Source of the DNA: Camelus dromedarius
Taxonomy: Eukaryota
Reading direction: 5' to 3'
DNA length: 64,000 bases
NCBI RefSeq assembly: GCF_036321535.1
Contig: NC_087437.1
Coordinates: forward strand, 39,992,001 to 40,056,000
Shown: piece by piece, positions 38,861 to 51,395 of the stretch
Layout of the letters: each line of letters begins with the position of its first letter
Position numbering within the stretch: the first letter of the stretch is position 1
Translations under genes and position numbers: made by a program
The notes under the pieces: model-generated
Told to the model about the DNA's origin: nothing
The model's database searches: none
The model's input: the letters and a program-made list of their open reading frames with translations, nothing else

Positions 38861-39084
38861 TTATCCCAGAGATAGATGTCATTACCCCTGAAGTTTAATG
38901 CTTGGGAATGGAGCAGGCAATTGAATTGTGCTGAATTGGAGATTTAAGGATGGAAGCAGACAATGACAGAATAGAAGTCTAGTATTTCATTTCTCTAAAA
39001 CTCTACAGAAAATCATTCCATAAAAATAAAAGTTTGTTGAAGTTCTATTTTTTTATTTTACTTCTGTGGGTACATAGTTCATTT

Positions 39085-39450
39085 CATTTATTAAACTATA
39101 AGCTTCTTGAGGGTAAGCAATATTATATACTCATCTTAGTTTCCCCACCCCACCCTCCCACTCAGAGTCCCTAACACAGGGTCCAAGAGCTAGGTGTTAC
39201 CGTCAGTCCTGTGGGCGCCTGTAAAGTCATACTTGCCAGTGTCCTATTGGTTTGGTGCCTACTCTAGAGGTAAACTATGTAGAATATCATCCCTACTCCT
39301 CCCTTTTTGAGAGCTAGATCTTCACAAGAGCAGGAAGTTTTGTCTGTTTTGTTCATTAATGAATCCGTGGTGCCTACAACCATTTCTGGTACGTGGAAAG
39401 TACTTAGTGACGGTTGGTTAAATATAGTCAATAGATTTGTTGAGTGCTGC
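39085..39450 (+). mobile_element. L2 3' fragments
   Basis: aactataagcttcttgagggtaag; gatcttcacaagagcaggaagttttgtctgttttgttcatt...gtgcctacaacc. Confidence 0.7.
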
Positions 39451-40564
39451 TTAGGAATAACATTTTTTTAATTCTCCCAGATAAGAAAACAATGTTAGGA
39501 TCATTCTCAGGTGGTCCTGTACCCTTGGATGCAAACCCATACTAATTCTAACTTCTTGTCCTTCCTCTTCCTATTATATTCCTAGGAAAGAATATGTACA
39601 ATCAGCAAGTTGCACCAGGGTGTTTCAAAAGGGGGAAAATGTTTAAATAAAACCAATAGTCCCACACAGAATAATTGCTTCAATTCCTTTTTTTTTAATA
39701 TTTTCATTTCCAGAACTTCCAGATATCCGTCTAATCAGTAAGTAGTTCTAAAGCTACATTATTCTATCCACTTCTCTGCAAGTAAAATGGCAGTGAGAAT
39801 GTCTGATCCCCAGGCAGAAGGCATCATGAGAAACCATAGAATTTTATAAACATACTACCTAATTTTAAAACTTTTTTACATTATAAACCACACTGCGCAT
39901 TTGAATTTCTCCTTTTAGTTTCCCCATACCTTTATATTTTAAGTATCTAAAGCCAAAAACTAGTTTCCTTCTTGTTAGCATAATTTATTTATTGCCTTGG
40001 GCACAGATTTGCAGTGTAATATAAATAACAATACTATTTTGCACGGCTATTATACCTCTGGAAAGTTTACCAACATTAATTTTCCCAACCCTCCTTAAGG
40101 AATAGTTGAACACTGATATTATTAAGGTTCAGGCTAATAAAATCTGGCTTGAAGAAGAATACATTGGCAAGAAAGTTTTAATTTACCATTTGTCAATTCA
40201 TTGTTATATGGGTGTCCACTTGTGATTCACTAGATCCCAAAAAAGCATCTGCCTTGTAACATTCCCCAAAGAACATATAATTTGAGTTTAGATTCTTCTC
40301 TTAACCAGACAGGGGGCTGAGTTCTGATTGTTTATCTGTCTATTTTAATAGATCTCTATGTCTACGTGATAATAAAGCTCGATCTGACCAGTTACACAAG
40401 TGAAATTTCTCAGTTTGAGCAGTTCTTAAAGCATAACCATCTGATGACACTCTCTGTACACTGGCTTTTAAAGATAGTGTCCCATTTACTGGGAACCAGC
40501 AGTTGATATTGGTGCTGCTGCAGTAAAAGTAGAAGAAGAAATCACAGTACTGGTAAATAACAAG

Positions 40565-40770
40565 TAACGCTTGTTGAGGACTATATGCTGGTTCCTGTTC
40601 TAAGCACCTAATATGTATTAACTTATTTAACTCTCACAATAACCTTAAAAGTGCAATTATTACCCCCTACTTTACAGATATGGAAACTGGGGCAAAAGGA
40701 GGTTAGATAATTGCTCCAAGTATCACAGCTAATAAAAGGTAGGGCCAGCGTTCCACAGCCTGAGTCCAGT
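40565..40770 (-). mobile_element. MIR SINE
   Basis: tgttctaagcacc...atttaactctcacaataacct...tttacagatatggaaactggggcaaaaggaggttagataattgctccaag. Confidence 0.88.
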
Positions 40771-41028
40771 ATTTATTGAGCATCTGTTTTTTGCCAGGCA
40801 CTTCACATGCTTTGACTTCTCAGTATTTCCTAGAACAGAGAAATGACCATCCTGTGTTTTGATTCAGCAATGTTTCCCAAAAAACCCGGAATTACCCAAA
40901 TCTTTCTTATAATCACTTCTTTTACCTAAAAACAGTAAATACTCAGAAAACAGTAATAGATTTTTTTTTTTTACATTGTGATAGATGGCATGGATTCTTC
41001 TATAAGGATTGTGGCTCATTACCACATG

Positions 41029-41029
<1 letters not shown>

Positions 41030-41060
<31 letters not shown>
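41030..41060. repeat. (CA)n microsatellite
   Basis: Read directly. Confidence 0.95.
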
Positions 41061-41061
<1 letters not shown>

Positions 41062-43104
41062 CACCTGCTGAATTGACCAATTCAAACAACTAGTCAGGGC
41101 AATGCAGGTTGGGGAAATCAGTCAAACTAGTTATTTGGCACCTTGCAGAACAAAAGAGGAGAGAGTGGAGGAGATCCAAATATTTGTCGGATTTCATTCT
41201 TTTCTTTCTAATATCCTGTACAGGAATTACACAAAGACCTGACCCTGGAGCCTATAAGATACTGAGGAGGAAAGTGTAAAGCCAACAGATACAGCTCCAA
41301 GTGCCACTGGGAGACTGTACTGATCTGGTTATCTGGTTGGAAAGCATTGCTTTGCACAGCATCATAGCCTAATGCTTCATGGGACAAAGGCTTTCTGGTT
41401 CCATCTCTGTGTCTTGTATTTTAAAAAATGCACTTTTCTATTTGTTTGAAAAGTCCTATTATTCACCTACCAGGGGGTAAAAATCATTTAAATTAATCCC
41501 TTTAGCCAAAATTAAATGCTGGTCTGAAAGATTCAGCTCCAGAAGTAGCCAGGGATAAGTGTAAGCTCCATGCAGTTCCAGATCAATTTGTTAATTTAAC
41601 TGGCATGACAATTCAAATTGTTGCTCTCTGGACCACATTTTATTTGCAGAAACCAAAAGAAAATTACAAATGAATAGAAAAGAATCTTTATGATTTGTAT
41701 TAAGCAAAATAAAATTACATAAAGACACATTTGAATGCATAGAGTATCTTTTAATCTTTGAAGTAGTTGCTGTATCTTCTGTATAATATTGAAGTTTTCA
41801 ACAGAGATGTTCATTTTCTCAAACAGCAGAGTAAATAACAACATATAAACATAGAGTGGCTTGCTGGCTCATAAATGACGACTTCCTCAAGGCTGCAGTG
41901 GCTTATATATATCTCTCTTTGGCAACTCCTTTTGAAATTTTTTTTTCATTTTTCTATAGAGATTTTGTGGGGTGATTTTTATTTTGTTTTGTTTTGATTC
42001 CTTCGTAAGCTATAACATTATGTGGCTCTCCGCTTCCATGATTCCTCCCATTAAAAGTTCTGCCATCTTGTTAGGCACACAAGTGACACGTTCACCAGAG
42101 TTCAAGGGTGAAGAGAACTGAATTTCAAAACCACACAATTTATGTGGAAATGAAGCACATTCCTTGCTTGCTTCTGTGTCAGACATATGGGAAGACTGTG
42201 AGTATAATAGGCTGTTTGATTTGTGTGATATAGAGATTTTTTTTAAGCTCTCTGAAGAAAAAAAAAAAGTTACACTGATTTCTAGGCTCATCTATACTTC
42301 TTTTCCTGTATTTTATGTGGAAACATTTTAGAACTCACAGTTTCCATATTAGGTCCCTTTTCCACAGTTAATTAATCCTGCTTTCCCGCATGACAAATGG
42401 GCCTATCTCATAAAAGGGCACATTGGCAAGCAAGGATTGAGTCAAAGAAGGTATTCTTTGATATTTATATATGAATTGGGCTTTTTCATTTTAAAACATT
42501 GGACTCTCAGAGTTGAAAAATATAGTACATCTCCTACAGAAATGTGAATTCTGGCATCTTGTAGGTAGATAAAATGCATGAGTTTTTTTTTTTTCTTTTC
42601 TTTTCTTCAAGAACCACAATGCCCAATTAGAGAGAAAAAAAAGCATGAGTGTTCCATACCTCAATTTTTAGGTCTACCATATCTTGTGCTCTCAACTGTG
42701 AAAATTCAGAGTATAAACTCTACTCAAATAGCTGTGTGGTAGCATTTGAAAATTGCTAATCCAAATGATTCCCCTCGTTTTGCCTCCCAAATCTCCAAGT
42801 TTGGGAGAAATAATAATAAATTCCATGCTATTAACGTGTGGACTATTTTTCTCTTTACTCAACATTAAATGAAGATGGAGGTGAAAGCCCCGGGATATTC
42901 ACCTATGTTGTCAGCGTCCCCCGGAGACACACAGCTTTCCTGCTTCACGAGAGATACAAAGATGAGTAGCATCACTATTCTTATCTGTAAGAAGTGACTG
43001 AAAACCTCATCGATTGACAATAGGTCAGATTTGGTTATCCCACATCCCTGCACCTCCCTGGAAACCAAGAAGGCATCACGCTGGCGCAGATTCTTCTCTC
43101 GACT

Positions 43105-43232
43105 TTATCAGTCACTGCTGGTCCTGGGAACTTCGTGCTGCCCCTCGGGGTCTCTGTTTCCTCATTCGTAAAATGACGTGGATGGAAAAAACACTCTGTA
43201 ATGGTCCCTCAGCTCCAGCATTTTATGATTCT
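43105..43232 (+). mobile_element. MIR3-like fragment
   Basis: tctctgtttcctcattcgtaaaatgacgtggatgga...ctctgtaatggtccctcagctccagcattttatgattcta. Confidence 0.7.
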
Positions 43233-43409
43233 ATCTCATGCCATGTAATATGGCACTATTTCCACTCCCTCCATTTGCCAATCCCCCCTGATTTATTGCA
43301 GAATAGCTGGTCAGTACAATGAGCTCTGGGTTTAACCTGGCCTGTCCCGCAACGGTCAAACCAAGGTATTGCCCACCTTCATAACTAAGCTGCAATTCTG
43401 ACTCACATA

Positions 43410-43410
<1 letters not shown>

Positions 43411-43440
<30 letters not shown>
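43411..43440. repeat. Poly(A), 30 nt
   Basis: Read directly. Confidence 0.95.
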
Positions 43441-43442
<2 letters not shown>

Positions 43443-44274
43443 CATTCATCTATCTATCTGCCTATAAAGATAGCCATCATAACCATCTACCTACATTAAC
43501 ATGTCTGTGTTCACACGCAATTTCTGAAGAAAAATTAATGTGTCTAAGCCGGTTTCCCATGACTACCCCTGAAATCACCACTACTCTTTTGTCACTGAAG
43601 ATACCAATTCAACCTACTTGCAGGGCCCTGGTTGTTTAAAATGTGAGCATTTCCTCTTCATCTTCTCTGTTATTCACCACAGTCCCTTCTCAGCATCTTT
43701 GGTCTTAGAACTGTTCATCCCCGCATTTTCCATTTTATTCTATACCTGAACCAGAGGCAGATAAACAACAGATTTGTTTGTTCACTCAAGTAAAGTTTGG
43801 TTTTGTTTTGCATATTTATAAACAAGGGCCAAAAAACCCTCTAAGTAAGTATCAGTTTTCACCAATATATCTTTGAAATGTGCCACATTTCTTGGAGAAA
43901 ATCTACTTGTGTGATAAATAAGTATGAAAGTTGGGAAGCCTTTTCTAGGCAGTGGGGTAAATACCGAGATGAATAAGGAAGCTAAAATAGGTTTAATAAG
44001 AACAATAACAAAGACAGCAGATATTTTGAGTTATCTGTGCTCCAGTAGAACAAGTCGCAGTGTCCTCGCTGGTGAGCGAGCGTGACTGGCCAAATGTGCT
44101 CCCGCAGAGGGATGGTTAGTGCAGAATGTCCTTCCTGGGGTGGTTTTCAGAGACCCACTTGTTAAGAAGACAAGAAATGGCGAGTCTGAGTAAGTTAGCA
44201 GAGATCCTTTTCTCTGAGATTCAGGCCCATCATGTAGGTACAAGGGAAGGATTCGTTGTTTTTTTTAATCTCTC

Positions 44275-44430
44275 CTGTATGTCAGGTATAGTCCTTTCCA
44301 TGCATTATTTAAAGCCCCTGCTTCGACAAATCAGTGGTGGGGTTCTTACTATGCCCCTGTCCCACAAGGGAAAACTGAGGTTTCTGAAAGTCTTCACACA
44401 GCCACTTGACAGTGGATGGGAAACAACTGT
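44275..44430 (-). mobile_element. MIR fragment
   Basis: atgcattatttaaagccc...cacaagggaaaactgaggtttctgaaag...cacacagcc. Confidence 0.65.
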
Positions 44431-47104
44431 ACATTAAAATGATTCAGCTGCTGCAGCTAGAAGGAATATTTAATAGCATTAAACCAGAAGTAACAAGGTG
44501 CTCACATGTCTGCCTGGCATGGAATCAGTTTTTTAGCTAAGACACTAATCTGGAAGTTACTGTTTCTACTAAAGGCGGCAAAATAGAAAGCATCTCTACC
44601 ACCCCTGCAGCATAGTATAATGCAGAGTACAATCGAGGACGACAACAACCAATAGCAGAACTTTTGCAGACATTGCTAGAGAAAACGGTTGATAAAGATT
44701 CCCTAATCAAAGGGAAACTGAGCAAATATCTCAGCACTAGCTTTGTGCTAACAAGCGGTCTGATACAAGGATGCCAACTTCCTCATCTGGAACAACTGAA
44801 AAACAAAAACGGCATGGGATACTACTTCACTGGGAATTAGAAGACTCCAGACCCCACCAGAACTGTGGCAATCTTCTCCACCCTCTCACTTATTAGTGGG
44901 GAGGAACTGGAAATAAATAACAGAATCACTTGGTACATCATTTATTATTTTACATGCAATTATGCTTCAATTAATCATGTAGTAAACTTGATATGACTCC
45001 AGTTTAAAATGTGGGTTTAGTCATTCTCGAACTCAAGGAAATGGTGGCTTAACAAAACCAAAAGTAACCTCCTGCGGGTAGTTTGCAGCCTGCAGACTGA
45101 GGAGTCCCAGAACAATTGGACAGTCAAGGGTCCAAGGCACAAAGCAGACAGAGAAATTCAGGAGTACTGCTTAGCAAATACAGCTGAAGGCATATTTCTC
45201 TTTGGGTTTTCTGCTCCTGGTTAGACACTCATGTATTTATAAGACAAAGAACAGCAAGTGGCCCCATCTGGCTAAGTCCAAAGCCCACATACTTTCTGCG
45301 ATATCACATTGTTATGACACATAGCCATTAACCCGTGCTAATCGCCTATTTCACTTGAATGGACCAATACAACGTGTGGATTTGAAAAGATGATCTCATA
45401 CCAAAAACAAAATTAAAGAGGAACCTGTTATAATTTGGAGGGTTCCTTATTACAAAGATTCAAATCCATGGGTCAAATAACACAGTCTCCAGCAACAATA
45501 TGATAAAATTCTTTCCTAAAAGGAAAATTCCATTGAAAACAAGCGCTTTCTACCTCCTAGCAGATGACCCAGAACCACGGCAGAGAGAATAATTTTCCAT
45601 AACAAATACTCTTGTATAACCAACGCTGTTGTTTTCCTGGTCCCTGCCCAGTTCACCTTCCTTTTCTAGAAACCAAGCAACTGAAGTGAGGTGGCTGTTT
45701 ACACTTCCCGAAGGAGAACAGAAAGCTGACTGACTTTGACTCAGACCCTTTTGTTCTACCGTCCACGGCAGTTACCTTTCAACCATTCTCTCTTCTCATC
45801 CCTCACAATACGATCTTCAGAGTCACTCAGCCAGAAACAAACCCAAATAACCCTAAACACACCACTAGAAACCCAAACAAAACATGAGATAAAAAAATTC
45901 CAGGGTGTCTGCTGCTCCCAGAAACTGGCTATTTCACCGGCAAAAGTTGGGCATTGGTGCTGTGCTGTCCACATGCCTAAAGGCGATGCGGCTGCCTCAA
46001 GGCCAGAAGGCCTCGTCCTTTCTGGCCCGCACATTATCCATCAGCCAACTGCAGTCTCCTTGGCCAACATTATCTTCCCTGCACCTTCACAGAAGCCCTC
46101 TCCCACCTCTCACCCACCATGTCCATCCTCTCCTCACCCCATCTTCCCCTTCTCTCTAGTTCCCTCAAATCCTTCCCCAGTGCCCCATCTTTACCAGGGA
46201 CTTTCATCCAAGTACATTAGCTTCTTTCAGCCCTGAAATTCTACAGCCCTCACCACTGAGCCCCAGGGAATTAAGAAGCTAAACTTCTCTAGTCGCTTCA
46301 TTGGTGACAGTCTTACCTTCTTGGCTGGAGTCAAAGTCCTTGTCTTAAAATTCCTTAGCACCCTCCATGTCAACCAGGGTACTTAAAGCCAAACAGCTGC
46401 CAACATTTTCCACAATTATATACACACTAATTCTAGAAATCTGCTATTTGGAAATTCCACTATAATTTTAAAGTACAAATATTCCATGATGTTCCTAAGC
46501 ATGGAATTTGTTGGGTCTACTAATGCTGTCATGTGGGTCTATTCCCTATATCACCACATTTCCTCCCCCAAGAACCCCTTCCCCAGCTTTCTGAGCTACT
46601 CCATTAGAATATCCATCACACCTTATTAAGTTAAAATCAGAAACACCTATGGGTAAAAATGAAGCTCCTCCCTGGAGGGCAGGGATGAAGTATTACTCAT
46701 CTTTGCACCCAGTTTTTCTCCTTCTATTATTATAGACAGATTATATATACATGACAGATATTTATATGCAAACACATTTCATGGGGCTTATATGTGTGTA
46801 TACATAAAACACAGTATATGTGAATAATTATAAAACATAATATATATATGTATAAAAAGTTGAGATATGTATGTATTCCTTTATTTATCTATTAGTCACT
46901 AAATGTTTGTCAAATGACCAGTGCAGAGTGTTAGAGCCAAGGAAAGAAAATTCAGCAATGTTCTAGCCTCACCTTGCATTCTGTAGATGGGGACAAACTC
47001 AGTGAAATTAATTTTTTCAAGATTGTGCTTGGTAGAGACAGGATAGAGTTCCTCCCCATCCTCCTCCTCCTCCTCTTCCTTTTAACTTTCACTTCTCTTC
47101 CCTA

Positions 47105-47266
47105 ACAATGTGGTAGCTGGACCAGCAGTATCAGTATCACCTGGGAACTCAATTAAAATGCAAATCCTTGGGCCTCGCCTGAGTTCTACAGAGTCAGAAA
47201 CTCTGGGGTGGGGCCTAGCACTCTAGTTTAACAGGCCTTCCAGGCTAAAGGTGGAGAACCGCTGCC
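47105..47266. mobile_element. MER5A DNA transposon relic
   Basis: ggaccagcagtatcagtatcacctgggaactc...aaatgcaaatccttgggcctc...agtcagaaactctggggtggggcctagca...gagaaccgctg. Confidence 0.9.
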
Positions 47267-50200
47267 CTAAAGGAACACTGGCAGAAAAGGAGCTTCTGTC
47301 TGCCCTTCTCAAGCCTCACCAGGCTAAACAAGGGAGACTGGGGCCCATCTGCCCCACCAGTCCGTCTGCAGGTATTTCACACTGCTGGCTTTTATCACAA
47401 AGCTTATCCTGAGCATCAGAGTTGATACTCTATGAATATCCATCGCTAATCATACCAGCACAGCGAAGAACAAGGCAGCACCGCAGGCCTGTCAGGGCAC
47501 ACAGACACAGATAATACGGCCTGGCTCTAAAAGTTTTATCCACATTCCAAAGTTAATGGTAGGGCAAGGGGAGAGGGGGAAACAGTTTAACTTCGCCAAC
47601 TATTTTTTTATGTTAAAAGAATTGGTTGATTGGTTGACTTAAGTCCTACCATCAGTTTCTAAGCACTAGCTTTCAAATTAACCAGTTGTTTGAATGAAAT
47701 GGTGAATTTTCTTTCCTTCCCTCAAGTCAGGCTCATATGGCTACCACCTGAAATCAGTCATTAAAAAAATGTTTAATAGTATCTGCCCATCATTAAATTA
47801 TTACCATTAATTAAAAGTTTAAAAAGAAAACAAAGCTTAGGGTTTTTTTCCTACTAATGGATGTAGGGATTCCAATATTACAAGTTATATTTCTAAACCA
47901 AAAAAATGCACAAGGAAATGAAGTATATGTAGAAAATTCACCTCTAAAAGCACACTACCCACCAATGGCTACCTAATTTAGCAGAATATATTACCTCTAT
48001 GCTTCATAAATCTTAATTAAAGCTGTTAGTTTTCCCTATTATGTGATCGAGAAATGCCCCATTAAAGTTAAACAGTTTCTACAAGTAATTATACATATGT
48101 ACACTTTAAAATTGCTTCACATATACTAGAAACATTGTCTACTAAATCAAAAACTTGCAGAATTTCATTAATGCAAGATTTTTTTTTATCTCCCAAAAGT
48201 CAAATGTGTCCCAGAGGAACTGGTATACTCAATGCTGGCTTCTTATAATACAATTTAATGCTCACAAACACAACTAAAGTATTTAAACATTTACAGGGGT
48301 TGTCATAAATGCTTTTCTTATTTTTGATCAAATTCAACCTTACACTTAATACAGTTAACTGTAGTTATTTAATTTAAAAGCTTGAGATTCCAACCTCAAA
48401 AATTTATAACAATATAAATGCAGTTACTTGGTTATAGGATACGTATACTATGGAGACTCCATTCTTCTACATGAAACACAAATGCCAAAACCAGAGAGGG
48501 GATATTTTTTAAAAGTAGACATTATTTTAAATAAATGTTGGCACACTGAAGAAAAAACCTTCAAATCCAAATTCAAAAACAGATCTTTTTTATTCATAGA
48601 GTCATTTCAATCAGACACTAGCTCACTAGAAATAATTTTTAAATAATAATAATAATACTTTGTTTCTATTCTGTTTGTTTTGAAAACTAACACAAGATAA
48701 ACTGATAAATTAGTTGACTGAAAGTAATTGTGTTATTCAGGGTATTATAGGGCATCCTAACTTAATAACTGGATGGAACTCATTATTGACAATTACTCCA
48801 CTTTCTCAGAAGGTATAATTACTTTAATTCATTAAAATGTTATATATAATTGTAATATTATACTTCTGAAAGCTGAGCAAGTTTAGTCTTCAGAAACAGT
48901 GTCACTGGCCTTAGGAAAAAAAGCACTTCAGTACAAACTGTTGTGCCAAGAACTTGCCATCCTCAGGCATACCGATGAATGCATGCACAGAACACAAGAG
49001 GAGGAGGGAGGTGAGACCACCATAGCCTGGGCAGTGATGGATAGCCCCGGATCAGGGTGAATGTAAAACCTCTCAGGGCTGAGAGTGCATTATTAATTGA
49101 AATCCCTATTTAGTTCCTCAATGTAGACCACCATATAATTGCATCTCTACCTTGAAAACTATTTTCAGCAGAATTCAAATTCATAATGAGTAAAGTATCT
49201 TCAATATACGTAGGAAGGGAATCAGTTTCACTTACACACAATTGCCTTGCAGTGTTCATATCACAGAGATGCTGAATCCTTATGTCTGTTAACCATGCAC
49301 AGAGCACAAAAGAGATGTAGGTAGAACACCCTATAGCACATAAACAATTAAAATGCCATTTGACAGAAAAAAAAAACCTAAAAAAATTAAAAACTAAAAC
49401 CGACTATTAAATAAAATTAATTAGTGTTTCCACCTAACAACAACGTGAACGACCACAGTCTATTCTTAAATTAAATATAAACTTTCCAATATAAATTTCA
49501 TATAGTTATGAATACCTTAGTTTAAAGAAATGTGTCTCCTTTTGTGACTGTATTTTATGAATATAAATTGGACTAGTCAAACACATTAGCATTTTTTTCT
49601 TATTCAAGTAGAGCATATCAAATCACACTAGTTTAAAAAGAAAATGTTTCCTAGGAAAACAGAAGTTTTGTATGAGTTCGGGAGTGGGGAGGTAAAGTGT
49701 AGGGTTAGGGGTGGGGGATGTTTCCAAGCTAGGGTAAAAGAAGGATTCAATATCTCACTGAACTTCAGCATGACATTAAAAAGTAACGAAAATCTCAATC
49801 TTATCAAAGTGTAAGATTAAGTAAAATAGAAGACAGGGGCTTGTTAGGAGATGATTCAACATATGTTTGGAAAGATAGATACAGTAATAATCCAATCCAC
49901 TAATGAACTGGATAAGGAGCAGGGTGGGGGGCTTAACAACCAGTCACACTAAATGACAGCACAGAGGGCAAAGAGGTGTGGAAACTGAGAAGATAGACTT
50001 CCAAGTCTTTTCCTGAAAGTGCTTAGATTTTGAGGAGAGTCCAATGTTGCCTGACAAAAGAGTCTTTGTGTGACAACTCCAGGGAGGTGAAGGAGAGCTG
50101 CTCAGGAAAACCAATGAAGACAGGCCCAGCCTTGTACCCAGGACCCGTGGAGAACTTTGAATCACGTGGCCTGCGGGAAGGACAATGTATGTACTGCTAA

Positions 50201-51209
50201 ACGCACCGTATTCAGGCAATATCTGAGCAAGCACAGACCAGATGTCTTTAAAGAGTCATGTTGGGCTTTTTTCTTTCAAAAAAGTAGAATAAGCAAATAC
50301 ACAGCCTGCGATTTTGAACTGCATCAATAGTCTTAGACTAACCTCTAGACATTTGACCACTCCGAGTGACTTAACCTGCCCCACAAACTGTAATACCTCT
50401 CTTTGGCAGGGTCTCTGATTCTGAGTTCTTGGTGAAGTTGGCAAAACAGCCCAAGAGCCCATGTCTACACACACAGACTTAATACCCTGAAGTTCCAATC
50501 CTGGGATGATGAAATGGGAGCCTGTTATCATTAAAGGAAGCCTGGAGACATACAGTGAGAAGCTAGCCATTTTAGGTAGATAAATACACACTAAACATGG
50601 ATGGTGGTCTACTGTTTATCCAAGCCAGGATATGCACAAAAACTTAGGCTGAAAATCAAGCAAGCTCATCAGATAATTGGTATTTCCAGCTCTAGCCAGA
50701 GTTGCCCAAGTTCTTGCCCTTGCAGGAAACCATAAGTAAGAGAAAAACACCCAATATTAACCTTTCCGGAACTTCAAAGTATGGTTGCCTGATTGGTTTT
50801 ACTAGAATAAAAACATTAAAAGTTTCTTGGTAAGGGGACAAAGAGCTCATTTTTCCTCTTCACCAGTTTTAATTGTCCTGCTACCAATCTGAAAATAATT
50901 TAAGTGTTTGAAAGTATCCAATGAACGAACAACATCCTTGAATAAACTTTAAAATTAGATGCTAATTTCAAATTAGCATTAGATGCAATCTATCTGAAAT
51001 TGCATCTTTTCAGCTGCAATTCCCATCATATGAAATAAACAGCAAGTTCTAAAACTGTCCAAAAATGTCTCAAAAATATTTATCTGGTAGTAAAACAAAT
51101 GAAAAGTTTTTAATCTCACACAAGAATCAAAAGAAAATTTGGGAGAAGGAAAGGGTGGAGGGCAGTGAGGGATGGAATTTAAAAAGTATCTCCATAGAGC
51201 ACAGCTGAA

Positions 51210-51395
51210 ACAGCTTTGTATCAGAGACAGAGCATGGTTTTGAATCCCACCTCCACCTTAAACTACCATCAGATCCTGAGTTACAGGGTCTTCACCCATA
51301 AAAGGGTAATGATATTCTTCATCAGAATATGGAAAACAACCCACACAGTAGCTGGTGCATAATAAATTCTTAAGTATCTAATGACACTATTATTA
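51210..51395 (+). mobile_element. MIR fragment
   Basis: gctttgtatcagagacagagcatggttttgaatcccacctccacc...cccataaaagggtaatgata. Confidence 0.65.

Noticed and set aside
43411..43440. 30-nt poly(A) as a possible orphan retroposition tail
   Set aside because: No upstream polyadenylation signal or flanking TSD found; treated as a simple homopolymer.
45736..46236. Longest ORFs (166 aa here; 165 and 157 aa at 57847-58447; 147 aa at 60316-60759)
   Set aside because: No recognisable domain; several use non-ATG starts, have low-complexity composition or overlap repeats. Such lengths can occur by chance in 64 kb.
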